Shown: one piece after another, positions 1 to 9,217 of the stretch
How positions within the stretch are numbered: position 1 is the first letter of the stretch
Layout of the letters: each line of letters starts with the position of its first letter
The notes under the pieces: model-generated
Seen by the model: the letters and a program-made list of their open reading frames with translations, nothing else
The model's database searches: none
Told to the model about the DNA's origin: nothing
Translations under genes and position numbers: made by a program
DNA from: Polyangiaceae bacterium
Lineage (GTDB): Bacteria; Myxococcota_A; Polyangia; Polyangiales; Polyangiaceae
Direction of reading: 5' to 3'
Length of the DNA stretch: 64,000 bases
NCBI GenBank assembly: GCA_044376115.1
Contig: JBILLK010000004.1
Coordinates: forward strand, 256,001-320,000

Positions 1-123
1 CGTGAAGAGCGCCGAGGTCGGGATCACCACCGAGGCTGTGGCGATCCCAACCGCAACTCTGAGCCAGGGCCGTTGCCACGCTGCGCTGAGCCAACGCCGG
101 CTTCGACCAAAGGCGGTGCGCAC
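1..123 (-). CDS. 5' fragment of a membrane-anchored protein, probably penicillin-binding protein 1C (runs off the window)
   Basis: GTG at 123, 2 nt after the A2M stop, reads MRTAFGRSRRWLSAAWQRPWLRVAVGIATASVVIPTSALFT (basic N-terminus plus hydrophobic anchor). The pbpC identity is inferred only from the usual A2M-pbpC gene order. Confidence 0.45.
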   Translation of the reverse strand, partial: MRTAFGRSRRWLSAAWQRPWLRVAVGIATASVVIPTSALFT

Positions 124-125
124 GT

Positions 126-3100
126 TCACTCGACCGAAACGGTCACCGCAGCGGTCCGACCGAACACCTCCGGCGCGTACATCTCCGAAGCATGAGTCGG
201 CGGGACGATGAACTTGCCCCGCGTGGTAGCGCGGGCGAGGTAGCGATAGCGATAGATGCCGGGAGCCATATCGTCGACGAAGAAGAGTACCCGGTCATCG
301 CGCACCTCGTTCGTGAAGTAGCTATCGTTCTCCCCGCGCTCCATCGCATCGTCGTCGTCGTCGTCCATACGAGGCCCAGCGAGGTTCATGAGCCGCGACG
401 AGGTCGTGGAGAGCCGGCTGTCGACCGCCTCGAAACCTGCCGGTAGCGGGTCATCGATCGCGACGAAGGTGCGACTCTTGGGCGTCACGACCACCAGATC
501 CACGAGCATGAGGTCACCGCCCTTGACGTCGTTCTGCGTGACTTCGGGTACGGTCGCCAACATCTCCGGAAGGTCCTTCATGGTCACGACGCGCAGCTTC
601 TTCTCGACGAAGAAGCCTCGGTCGAGTGGCGCTTTGGGGAGTTCGCGTCGAGCGTAGCGAAGTCGCGCCTGGTAGTAGAGACGACCTGGCCCATCGGCCA
701 TAAACGTCATTTGTGTGCCCTTGTTTGCGAACAGGTTCGCGACCGGCATGACCGACTTCTGTTCGGCTAGCGAGCGCCCCTTGAACGTCTGTTCGAACAG
801 AACGTCATCACCGAAGAACGTGCGGGCGATGAAGTCGGGCTCCTCCGCCTCAAACGCCTTTCGATAGTCCCCGAGGGCGAGCAGCGCCCAAGCGGCTTCC
901 TGAGTGGTCCGCCACTCCGAGCCGCGACGATCAGCGAGGAGGCCGAGCGCAAGCGGCGTAGCCATCGGGTGCTTGGGATTGGCGCGCAACAAAGAGCTCA
1001 GCACCAAGGCAGAGGTACGTACGTTGGAGTCGAGATAAGGCGCGTAGTCCGAGCCGAGATTCTCGGTGGTGCGAGCAATTGGACCGTCGAGCGATATCTT
1101 CGCTTCCAGCTCCTTGGCGAGTTCGCCAATGTTGGCCGGGTCATTCTTCGAGAGCACCATGGCCGAGAGCAACATCGCCTTCGAGTAGAGCGGCAACTCG
1201 GCACGTTGTTCGAAGAGCAGCGACGCGCGCGCAGCATCAGGTTGACCCATCTCCGCAAGCACCAGCAAGGCGAACGGCCCGGCGCGACGCACTGCTAAAG
1301 CTTTGTCGCCATCGAACAGGTGTTCGAGCGCTTGCTTGGAATCGGCCAACGCGGATGCGGGAACCGGGTAGCCCGCCTTGTTCGCCTGGTTGAGGCCCCA
1401 AGCCGCGTAGATGGTTGCCCACGAGTTCGACTCCGGCGAGTCGGCCCAGAGCCCAAATTCGCCGTTGTAGCGCTGGTGCGCGAGCAGCTTCGCGATCGTC
1501 TTGTTGACCACGTCGTCAAGGTTGGCCGGGACCGCAAAGCCGAAGTCCTTCTGCAGATCCTTCAGAGCGACCAGCGGTACGAGCTTGCTGGTGAGCTGCT
1601 CGGTGCAGCCGTAGGGGTAGTCGAGCAGTTGGCTTCCGCCAGCGTCCAGCCCGACGAGGGCCGTTGAGGACGTCGAGATCGTGAGTTCACCGACATCGTC
1701 CCGTAGCGCCGAGAGATCGCCCAAGCGCTCGGCAGCAGCGCTGTCGGTGTTGCCGTAAAGCGCGACCGCCTCCATCACCGCTGGGGTCATCACCTTGCGA
1801 TTCATCGTCACGCTGTCTGCGCTCGTGTTGGTCTTGGCGTCGAACTTCAGATCGAAGGTCCCGCTGCGCATCGCGACCGCGGGGAACTTCACCTCGGTGC
1901 TTCGGCCGGGCTCCACGTGGATGCGCTTGCTGGTCTCGCCCGAGAGCGTGAGGCCGGTCGCAGTCGCCGATACGTCGACATCCTGCGCATCGGCACCTTT
2001 GACCGAGACGATGGCGGCGGCCTCAAAGCTGTCGCCAGCTCGCAGGAACCGAGGCAGCGCAGGCCGAACCATCAAGGCGCGACTCGAGGTCACGTCGGCC
2101 ATGCCGCTGCCCATCTTGTCATCGGAACCAACGGCCATCGCCATCAGCCTGTACGTGGTCAGCCCGTCGGGAAGCTTGAATTGAACCGTCGCCTGCCCGG
2201 CGTCATCGGTGACGATCGCCGCGTTATAGTAGGCGCTTGCGCGAAAGTCGGACCGAGTTGCGCCACCGGCGCCAGACTCACCGCCGCCGCCGCCCGCAAG
2301 CCCCTTGTCGAGCCCCACCCCGGATAGCGGAGAAAACAAGCTGGCGAAGTCAGAACGCGATTCGAGCGTGGCGACGCGTAGAGCTTGTGGCGCACCAAAG
2401 ACTGCGACCGGATCCGGAAGCTGGTAGCCGACGAGCGAGAGCACACCGAGGTCAGCCGCAATCAGCGTGACCTCGGCCTTTGAGCCCCTGCCCTGCGCGT
2501 CCTTCACCTTCAGCGTGACTCCGAGCTCAGCACCTGGGCTTAGGTTGGTGCTCGACGGAACCACCTCGACGGCGAGCCGGCGAGACTCTTTCTCTACGGA
2601 AAGCTGCGCGTAACCCATGCGATACGCAGGCGCACCGACGTCTGGCTTCAACCAATCGGAGGGTTGTTTCCCAGTGCGCTTCTTGAACACCAACACCGAG
2701 AGATAGACGTTGGGTCGAACGTCTTCCGTTATCGGGACCTCGATCAGGGGGGCTGCGCCCGTGAGCGTTACCCAGCGGCGCGACAGCACGCCCTTACGCT
2801 CGGTTGTCACCAGCGCATCTGCGTTTTTCCAAGGGCTCTTCACGAGCACTTTGGCCTTGTCGCCGACTTTGTAGGTCTCTTTGTCGAGCACCAATTCGAT
2901 CTCGCTGCTGTCGGTTTCCTCGAAGCTCGCGAAGCTGTCTCCGGATTCACCCGTGACATAGACGACGAGTGAAGCTGCGACAGGGTTCTTGCGGGCGTCC
3001 TCCGACGTTGCACGCAAGATGTAGTAGCCAGCATCTTTAGGCGTCAGTTTGCAGCCTACCGGCGTTCTTGCGCTGGTCAGGCTGCACGAACCAACGACCT

Positions 3101-5777
3101 CATCCACCGGCGAAGTAACGGTGGTCACGTTGGCGCCGACTCCCTGTTTGGCCGTGGCCCATTTTCGCTTCATCAGCGATACGCGAACGGGCGCGCCAAC
3201 CGTGCGCTCTCCGCTGGGCGTCACCGCAACGAACTCGGGTGCTAGCACCGTACCGGCGGCAACGAATCGCTCGTTGAGCCGAACTCCCACATAGTGCTCC
3301 GCGGGATGGACGATCGCCGTCGTGCTCGTGGCAATCACTTGCCGGGTTAGGTCGGTGATCTCGAGATCCGCCCGCACTTGCTCGGGGCCGATCTGCCCCG
3401 GCAGTTCGAGCTTGGCCGAGAGCGTCGCGGTGCCGGCCGCATCCAAGGGAACGTCGCTCGAGGTCACCTCGCTGGAGTTCTGGGCTTGATCGCGAAGGTC
3501 CGACTGGTAGCTGTCGTCGCTGGTCGTGAAGTCGCTGTGGTTCGCTGGGGAGAACCAGGTTCTCGAGCGCCCAACCATGGTGTTGGCCTGCGCACCTGCC
3601 ATCGGAGCGCCGTACAGAAAATCTCCGCCGACCGTCCACTTCGCCTGGTCACCGCGGATGTAGCTGGGCCGGTCCGACTCAGCGCGCACCTTGAACTCGG
3701 AGGCACGATACTCAGCCACTTCAAAGCTGTCGTTGGCCACCACGACGTTGCCCAGCGACGCCGAGATTCCGTAGCTGCCCAGACGAGCCGTTTGCGGGAG
3801 AGTGACCGTCGCCGAGAACGTACCGAACGAGCTCAACGTGGCCGACGTCGTTTGCAGCACATCCCCGGACGGGCCTTCCACCGAGACGGCCACAGCCCCA
3901 CTTGATGGGGTCTTCAAACCGACTGCGAGGGCCTCACGAACCACGCCTTTGACCTGCACCTTGTCGCCCGGCCGGTAGATTCCACGGTCATCGAACACGA
4001 GACCAAACGGCTGATCCTCCGAAGCATCGAACGACCAGTTGAGTAGGTTGTCGCTGAGCGGAAAGTAGGCTGTGTCTTCTTTGGTGCGAACGAACACGGC
4101 GCCCTTCTCGTCGTCGAAGTTGGGGACGAATTCACTCTTCGTGAAGAGCACCGTTCCCTCGGCATCCGTCGTTTTGGACAACGTAGGAGCGCCCGGTCGC
4201 CGAATCCGCACTTCGGCTCCGGCGACTGGCTTGGCATCGGAGAGCTGCGTGACGACGAAGAAGCTGCCCTCGCGCGAGAGCTTCGCCGAGATCCCGAGAT
4301 CGGTCACTTGCGCTACGGTCTGGCTGAGCTGCGGCTTTCTCGGATCCCCGTAGCTGGTGATGATGGCGAACGCACCGCGAGCCTTGGGACCACCCAAAAC
4401 CTCATCGAGCGAGACACTGACACGCTCCACGACATTGCGTCGACTGCGTGCGACGGACTTCGCCTTCACGCCTCCGCGCGTCAGCAGCTCGGAGCTCGAA
4501 AGGCTCGAGCTCGCCATCGCGAGCAACGTCTCCTCGTCCAACTTGAACGCCGAATACGAAACGTCGCTGGCGTTGACATGCCCGATCTGCACCTCACGTT
4601 TCGCCGTCGGTTCGAGCACGCCGTTCGTCAACCCGACCCGGACCATCGGCTCCACGTCCGCGAAGCTGACCGACTGCGAGACCGATGCGGCGAGCGCTTG
4701 TTGGTAGGTATCGACCAGCGGCGTGCCCACCGTCACCTTGTAAGTCTGCCCCGGGGCGAACTTCCCCTCGAGATCCAGGCCCGTGACGAACTCGTCGTCC
4801 GCCAGGTACGAAGGCACCTTGAGCTTGAGCCCGGGCTGAATCGACACAGCTTCGCGGGCAGCTTTGACTTTGACCGGGTTGGTGAACTCGACGGTGATGT
4901 CTGCGCCGCTTGGACATGCCGTCGCGTTGCGGTTCCACGAGCAACCAATCGAGGAGACCGCAAGCGGACCATAGGTGTGGAATTCGAACGAATTAGCCTT
5001 TTCTGACGGCAGCTTGCCCTCCAAGCCGACAAGGCCTTTGCGTGAATCCAAGGAGATCTTCGCGTCGAGAGGCAACGGCGCTTTGGGCTTCACCCGGAAC
5101 AGCTTGTCGTTATCGGTTGAAACCAGCTCCACGCTGAAGGGCACTGGACTCCCCGCCGCCGATAGCGAGAGGTTCGCCTCGAGCGCCTGCTTGGAGACGG
5201 GCTGGGAGAGGTAGACATCAAACGTCGTATCGGGCGTCAAACCGCGCGCTTGGTGATAGGGCGTCGTCGACTCGATGCGCGGTCGCGAGGTCTCGAACGT
5301 GAAGCTGTGGTCGGCAGCCAACTCGTCCCCCGAGAGCGCCTTCGTTCCTTTTGGAACGGTCACGGTGAACGCTGTAGCGTGCGGCAAGCGATACGAACCG
5401 CCTCCGCCAGGCTTCGCCGGAATGAAGGAGAGAGCACGCGAGCCCGTCCACTGCCACTGGCCCGGCACCGCCGGCTCGATTCGGATCGGCGGTAAGGCCG
5501 CATTGGTGGCGTCTCCGAGTTCGCGCATCGAACGATTGAAGAGAATCGTGACTTCCGCGGGACCGCTCACCTGGCCGGTCGGCGAAGAGTAAACCACCTC
5601 GAGTGGCCCGCTCTCGTTCTCCTCCAGCGCCAACTCGCGCAGCCCCAAAACACCCTTGGGCGCAACGTCCGGCACCTGCGGTCCCGGAAGGCAGGAGAAA
5701 ACCAGGACGTTGAGAGCGAAAAGGCCAAAGACGATCCGACCGCCGTTGGAACGCTTTAAAGATCTGAAGGGCGCCAT
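126..5777 (-). CDS. Bacterial alpha-2-macroglobulin family lipoprotein
   Basis: About 1880 aa. Lipobox-like LVFSC, MG2-type FDDRGIYRPGDKV, thioester motif YPYGCTEQ, STTQ-like RTTQE and C-terminal EMYAPEVFGRT. Start placed at ATG 5777 (ORF track starts at 5795). Confidence 0.93.
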   Translation of the reverse strand: MAPFRSLKRSNGGRIVFGLFALNVLVFSCLPGPQVPDVAPKGVLGLRELALEENESGPLEVVYSSPTGQVSGPAEVTILFNRSMRELGDATNAALPPIRIEPAVPGQWQWTGSRALSFIPAKPGGGGSYRLPHATAFTVTVPKGTKALSGDELAADHSFTFETSRPRIESTTPYHQARGLTPDTTFDVYLSQPVSKQALEANLSLSAAGSPVPFSVELVSTDNDKLFRVKPKAPLPLDAKISLDSRKGLVGLEGKLPSEKANSFEFHTYGPLAVSSIGCSWNRNATACPSGADITVEFTNPVKVKAAREAVSIQPGLKLKVPSYLADDEFVTGLDLEGKFAPGQTYKVTVGTPLVDTYQQALAASVSQSVSFADVEPMVRVGLTNGVLEPTAKREVQIGHVNASDVSYSAFKLDEETLLAMASSSLSSSELLTRGGVKAKSVARSRRNVVERVSVSLDEVLGGPKARGAFAIITSYGDPRKPQLSQTVAQVTDLGISAKLSREGSFFVVTQLSDAKPVAGAEVRIRRPGAPTLSKTTDAEGTVLFTKSEFVPNFDDEKGAVFVRTKEDTAYFPLSDNLLNWSFDASEDQPFGLVFDDRGIYRPGDKVQVKGVVREALAVGLKTPSSGAVAVSVEGPSGDVLQTTSATLSSFGTFSATVTLPQTARLGSYGISASLGNVVVANDSFEVAEYRASEFKVRAESDRPSYIRGDQAKWTVGGDFLYGAPMAGAQANTMVGRSRTWFSPANHSDFTTSDDSYQSDLRDQAQNSSEVTSSDVPLDAAGTATLSAKLELPGQIGPEQVRADLEITDLTRQVIATSTTAIVHPAEHYVGVRLNERFVAAGTVLAPEFVAVTPSGERTVGAPVRVSLMKRKWATAKQGVGANVTTVTSPVDEVVGSCSLTSARTPVGCKLTPKDAGYYILRATSEDARKNPVAASLVVYVTGESGDSFASFEETDSSEIELVLDKETYKVGDKAKVLVKSPWKNADALVTTERKGVLSRRWVTLTGAAPLIEVPITEDVRPNVYLSVLVFKKRTGKQPSDWLKPDVGAPAYRMGYAQLSVEKESRRLAVEVVPSSTNLSPGAELGVTLKVKDAQGRGSKAEVTLIAADLGVLSLVGYQLPDPVAVFGAPQALRVATLESRSDFASLFSPLSGVGLDKGLAGGGGGESGAGGATRSDFRASAYYNAAIVTDDAGQATVQFKLPDGLTTYRLMAMAVGSDDKMGSGMADVTSSRALMVRPALPRFLRAGDSFEAAAIVSVKGADAQDVDVSATATGLTLSGETSKRIHVEPGRSTEVKFPAVAMRSGTFDLKFDAKTNTSADSVTMNRKVMTPAVMEAVALYGNTDSAAAERLGDLSALRDDVGELTISTSSTALVGLDAGGSQLLDYPYGCTEQLTSKLVPLVALKDLQKDFGFAVPANLDDVVNKTIAKLLAHQRYNGEFGLWADSPESNSWATIYAAWGLNQANKAGYPVPASALADSKQALEHLFDGDKALAVRRAGPFALLVLAEMGQPDAARASLLFEQRAELPLYSKAMLLSAMVLSKNDPANIGELAKELEAKISLDGPIARTTENLGSDYAPYLDSNVRTSALVLSSLLRANPKHPMATPLALGLLADRRGSEWRTTQEAAWALLALGDYRKAFEAEEPDFIARTFFGDDVLFEQTFKGRSLAEQKSVMPVANLFANKGTQMTFMADGPGRLYYQARLRYARRELPKAPLDRGFFVEKKLRVVTMKDLPEMLATVPEVTQNDVKGGDLMLVDLVVVTPKSRTFVAIDDPLPAGFEAVDSRLSTTSSRLMNLAGPRMDDDDDDAMERGENDSYFTNEVRDDRVLFFVDDMAPGIYRYRYLARATTRGKFIVPPTHASEMYAPEVFGRTAAVTVSVE

Positions 5778-5925
5778 TACGGCGCACTTGAGCAAGATCG
5801 GGACCCCAGAGCAACAGGTTCGTTCGTGCGTTCAGTCTCGCGCCTCGAGCATCACCGCTTTGTGCGATGTGTCTCGCTGGCCACGCGGCGTGGGCTGAAC
5901 GACACGCATGGCTCGACGCCAGGAC

Positions 5926-6798
5926 TCAACCGCGCGGATGGGTCTTGGCGTGGACGCGGGCCACGTGATCGTCGGCGAGGTGGGTGTAGATCTCGGTAGT
6001 GGCAATGTTTGCGTGGCCGAGCATGGCTTGCACGCTACGCAAGTCCGCCCCACCCGCGAGCAAGTGCGTGGCGAAGCTGTGCCGCAATTTATGGGGAGAG
6101 CTGTTCTTGGTTACGCCGGCGCCGAGCGCGTAGCTGCGAAGAAACTTGAAGACCGCCTGGCGTGAAAGCCCCTTGCCTCGGCGTGCGACGAACACGAAGC
6201 GGCTCGGCTCACCGCGGGCTTCCCGCTGCAGCAGGTACGCGTCGAGCGCCTGCAAAGCCGCCTCAGCGACTGGCACCATCCGCCGTTTGCCACCCTTGCC
6301 GAGAGGGATGACGATGCCGCGCTTGCGATCCACCTGCTCCAAGAGCAAGCCGCAGAGTTCGCTCACGCGCAGGCCGCTCGAGTAGAGCAGCAGGATCATT
6401 GCGCGGTCTCGCGTGGCCTTGAACGAGTCACCTTGGATCGACGCGAGGATGCCCGAGATGTCGACGGGAGCTAGCACCTGCGGCAGCTTCTTCGGCAGCC
6501 GTGGTCGTTCCGAAAGCTGCGTTGGATCAGCCTGCAACAGCCGCTCACGGACGAGGAACTTGCAGAAGCCACGAACGGCTGAAAGCCGCCGAGCGACACT
6601 CCGGGCTGAGCGACCGTCTGCTCGCAAAAAGGAGGCGATGCTCTCGAAGCGCAGCTGCTCTAGGAGGACGCCGGTCTGCTCCAAATGCGTCAAGAACGCC
6701 GCTAGGTCAGTGCCGTAGGCAACGAGTGAAAGCGGCGCTAGCCCACGCTCAACGCGCAGGTGGTCCAGATAGGCCTCAAGCCAGCCGCCGGGGGTCAC
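5926..6798 (-). CDS. xerD: Site-specific tyrosine recombinase XerD
   Basis: SGLRVSEL, GKGGKRR, SPHKLRHSFATHLL and LGHANIATTEIYTH; C-terminal HAKTHPRG typical of XerD. Confidence 0.88.
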   Translation of the reverse strand: MTPGGWLEAYLDHLRVERGLAPLSLVAYGTDLAAFLTHLEQTGVLLEQLRFESIASFLRADGRSARSVARRLSAVRGFCKFLVRERLLQADPTQLSERPRLPKKLPQVLAPVDISGILASIQGDSFKATRDRAMILLLYSSGLRVSELCGLLLEQVDRKRGIVIPLGKGGKRRMVPVAEAALQALDAYLLQREARGEPSRFVFVARRGKGLSRQAVFKFLRSYALGAGVTKNSSPHKLRHSFATHLLAGGADLRSVQAMLGHANIATTEIYTHLADDHVARVHAKTHPRG

Positions 6799-7052
6799 AG
6801 CAGCAGCATCCCATGAACCGAGGGTGCGCCCAAATGACTCGCAACGCCCTCCGTCTTGGATAGGAGCCAGAGACGGCGTTTGCGGCTTAGCCTGTGGCGA
6901 TTCCTAAGTCCCAAATGCAAGAAGGCCCGCGACGCGCAGTCACGAGCCTTGTTGCTGGGCGAACAGCCCACGAATTCCACCAGAGGTGGGCGGCCGCGGC
7001 CTAACCTACGTGCCTCAAGCAACTGCCTACGCTGTGCTTGAGACTCGAGAGA

Positions 7053-7277
7053 CTAGAGCTTCTTGCCAAAACGACGTGCGTACTCGGTGATGCCGATCTT
7101 GTCGATCGTCCGAATGTCACGCGTGGTGAGCTTGAGGGAGATGAAACGCCCCTCCTCGGGAATGAACACCCGACGCTCCTGAATGTTGACGTTCTGCCAA
7201 CGCTTCGTCTTGATGTTGGAGTGGGAGACGTTTTGCGCGAGCAGCTTGCGCTTACCTGTGATGTCACTCTTAGCCAT
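7053..7277 (-). CDS. rpmB: 50S ribosomal protein L28
   Basis: ITGKRKLLAQNVSHSNIKTKRWQNVNIQ and IRTIDKIG signatures. Confidence 0.95.
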   Translation of the reverse strand: MAKSDITGKRKLLAQNVSHSNIKTKRWQNVNIQERRVFIPEEGRFISLKLTTRDIRTIDKIGITEYARRFGKKL

Positions 7278-7302
7278 GGCTAGCCTCGGAAAATGGGGGC
7301 GA

Positions 7303-7331
7303 ACGGTGCCCTACGGAAAAGGGTTTGTCAA
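7303..7331 (-). promoter_or_regulatory. Candidate sigma70-type promoter for rpmB
   Basis: TTGACA (7326-7331), 17 bp spacer, then CACCGT (weak -10). Confidence 0.45.
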
Positions 7332-7347
7332 GCACTCACCTACTGCC

Positions 7348-8178
7348 CTAAGGACAAAAGGCTGCGAGTGAACGAACAAGTTCTCGGGCAAGACCGCGAG
7401 TGCGATCGAACCCTTGGTTCGGAATGAGCAGGTCTTCATCCATATAGAGCCGCCGGGCAAGCTCGATTTGAATGGCGTGTTGACCTTGTCCCGGCCGGCC
7501 GTAGTGCCCCGTGGAAAACCCGCCGCGGTACGGGTCGTCGTGCTTCACCGAGAAACCCAGCCTTCGCGACACGGCATCGACACAATCAATCACACCGTCG
7601 GATGCCGACGTCCGGCCGCGGCTGCCAGGGACGACGTCGGCCCTCCCCGAACCCACGTCGATGTGCCCTCGCCTGCCCGTGCTTGGCATCGAGTGGGCGC
7701 ACAACACGATCGCAAAGCCGAATCGCTCGCGCTTGCGGTCAAGCTCGTGCTGGAACGCCTCATGGTAGGGCCGGTAGAAGGTCGCCAACCGCCGCTCAAA
7801 CTCGTGGCTTGAGAGGCGTCGGAGCAAGATCGGATCGTTCTCGGTCGTGGTGCGCCAAATCAACCCACGCGGCTGCGGTTGCGCGCTACCGTTTTCCACC
7901 GCCATACCGTCGACTTCACCGGGACCTCGATTGAGATCCACGACGAACCGGCTGTGCGTCGCGACGAGCAAACTAGCCCCGAGATCGGGGGCATCTTGAA
8001 ACAGTTGATCGACGAGCAGGTCGGCGTCCCGGCCGACGGCCCGCAGTGGCGCGCAACTGACGGCGAGTGAGGCGGGATCAACATGCAGGCCAGCGTGTGG
8101 AACCTCCACCAAGAGCGGCGACTCATCCGCGCTCGGTCGCTCGAGGCGAAACGGAGCCACAGCTCCGAATTCAGCCAT
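7348..8178 (-). CDS. N-formylglutamate amidohydrolase family protein
   Basis: VEVPHAG, RDADLLVDQLF, SRFVVDLNR, FYRPYH, CAHSMPS, PYRGGF and HAIQIELARRLYMDE. ATG 8178 overlaps the upstream stop. Confidence 0.9.
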   Translation of the reverse strand: MAEFGAVAPFRLERPSADESPLLVEVPHAGLHVDPASLAVSCAPLRAVGRDADLLVDQLFQDAPDLGASLLVATHSRFVVDLNRGPGEVDGMAVENGSAQPQPRGLIWRTTTENDPILLRRLSSHEFERRLATFYRPYHEAFQHELDRKRERFGFAIVLCAHSMPSTGRRGHIDVGSGRADVVPGSRGRTSASDGVIDCVDAVSRRLGFSVKHDDPYRGGFSTGHYGRPGQGQHAIQIELARRLYMDEDLLIPNQGFDRTRGLARELVRSLAAFCP

Positions 8179-9217
8179 CCTGCCCTGCCTGCGCGGCTTC
8201 TGTCGAACGAAGCCGAGACGCGCCAGCCTCGGTTGCGATGACGGAGGCTGCCGAGTCACGGCCGAGCAGCCGCAAGCCCTCGGCCAAGCTCGTGGACTCG
8301 AGCAATCCGCCGATCGAGTTCGGAAAGGACCGGCCCGGATACGCCAAAGCGACACGCGCAGCCGGCCCACCGTCGACCGTTAACAAGGTGGAGGGGACGC
8401 CAAACACAGCGCCCGCTGGACGCCTGGTTTCACCCCGACGAGGCGGCGGCGCCGAGAGCGGCCATGCAATGCCGAGATCTTCCAACAAGAGCATGCGCTC
8501 CTCGAAGGAAGCATGCCCAACGAACAGCGCGCCAGCTGCGACCATGCCACGGCTGTCCACCGCGACGATGGTCTCCACCTCGGAACTCAAACCCAGCGCG
8601 CTGTCTTCCGTTGCAAACGGCTCGCGCGCGGCGAGGAAACGCGTGCCTTCGAGCGTGGTACCGGAGACGCCGAGCGCCTCCCCTTGCCCCGGCTCGAGCT
8701 CAAAGTCCTCTTCCGTCACCGAGCCACCAGCAACCTTGCCGACGCTGGCCAAGATCGGCTCGCGCATCGTCCAGAGCGCAGAAGCGCCATGTGAAAGCAC
8801 CCGCTCGAGAGTTCGCTTGCGGGCGTCATCACCGTTCTCACGAGCAACGCGTACCCCCGATTGAATCGTGCGAGTGAGGCTGCGGTTGCCGAAGCTCGCA
8901 ATCAGCAGCAGTACGGCACCGAGCGAGCGAGGAACGGCAGCGCGCGTAGCGAGCGAAGGGATCTCCTCCGGTCGCAGCCCACGACTGCGAGTGCCGTTTT
9001 TTCCGGGCTGAGCGGTGCGCCCATCGAACACGCGACCCACGGCCGACGGCCCTCCGACCAACGCGACGAAGGGGGCGCAAAGGGCCTCTGGCCGACCGCC
9101 GGCGAGGGCGAAAAACCCCGCGGCTACAGCGTCCGCCGCCGTTCCGCGGTCTGCCAACGCTTCTTCCGCAGCAACCTCCGCCAGCTTGTTGGAAGCGGCG
9201 GCATCGAAGTTCTTCAC
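8171..9217 (-). CDS. Short gamma-glutamyltransferase-like (Ntn-hydrolase-like) protein
   Basis: GTAADAVAAG, VFDGRTAQPG, AAVP, GGSVTEEDF and VAVDSRGM resemble GGT segments, but the protein is only 348 aa. Confidence 0.6.
   Translation of the reverse strand: MKNFDAAASNKLAEVAAEEALADRGTAADAVAAGFFALAGGRPEALCAPFVALVGGPSAVGRVFDGRTAQPGKNGTRSRGLRPEEIPSLATRAAVPRSLGAVLLLIASFGNRSLTRTIQSGVRVARENGDDARKRTLERVLSHGASALWTMREPILASVGKVAGGSVTEEDFELEPGQGEALGVSGTTLEGTRFLAAREPFATEDSALGLSSEVETIVAVDSRGMVAAGALFVGHASFEERMLLLEDLGIAWPLSAPPPRRGETRRPAGAVFGVPSTLLTVDGGPAARVALAYPGRSFPNSIGGLLESTSLAEGLRLLGRDSAASVIATEAGASRLRSTEAAQAGQDG

Noticed and set aside
5926..6798. Tyrosine recombinase as a phage or island integrase
   Set aside because: The motifs fit housekeeping XerD. 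There are no flanking att repeats or cargo genes, and I saw no dif-like site.
6795..7041. Small ORFs in the xerD-rpmB spacer
   Set aside because: TTG starts with no recognisable features; the region is better described as structured non-coding DNA.
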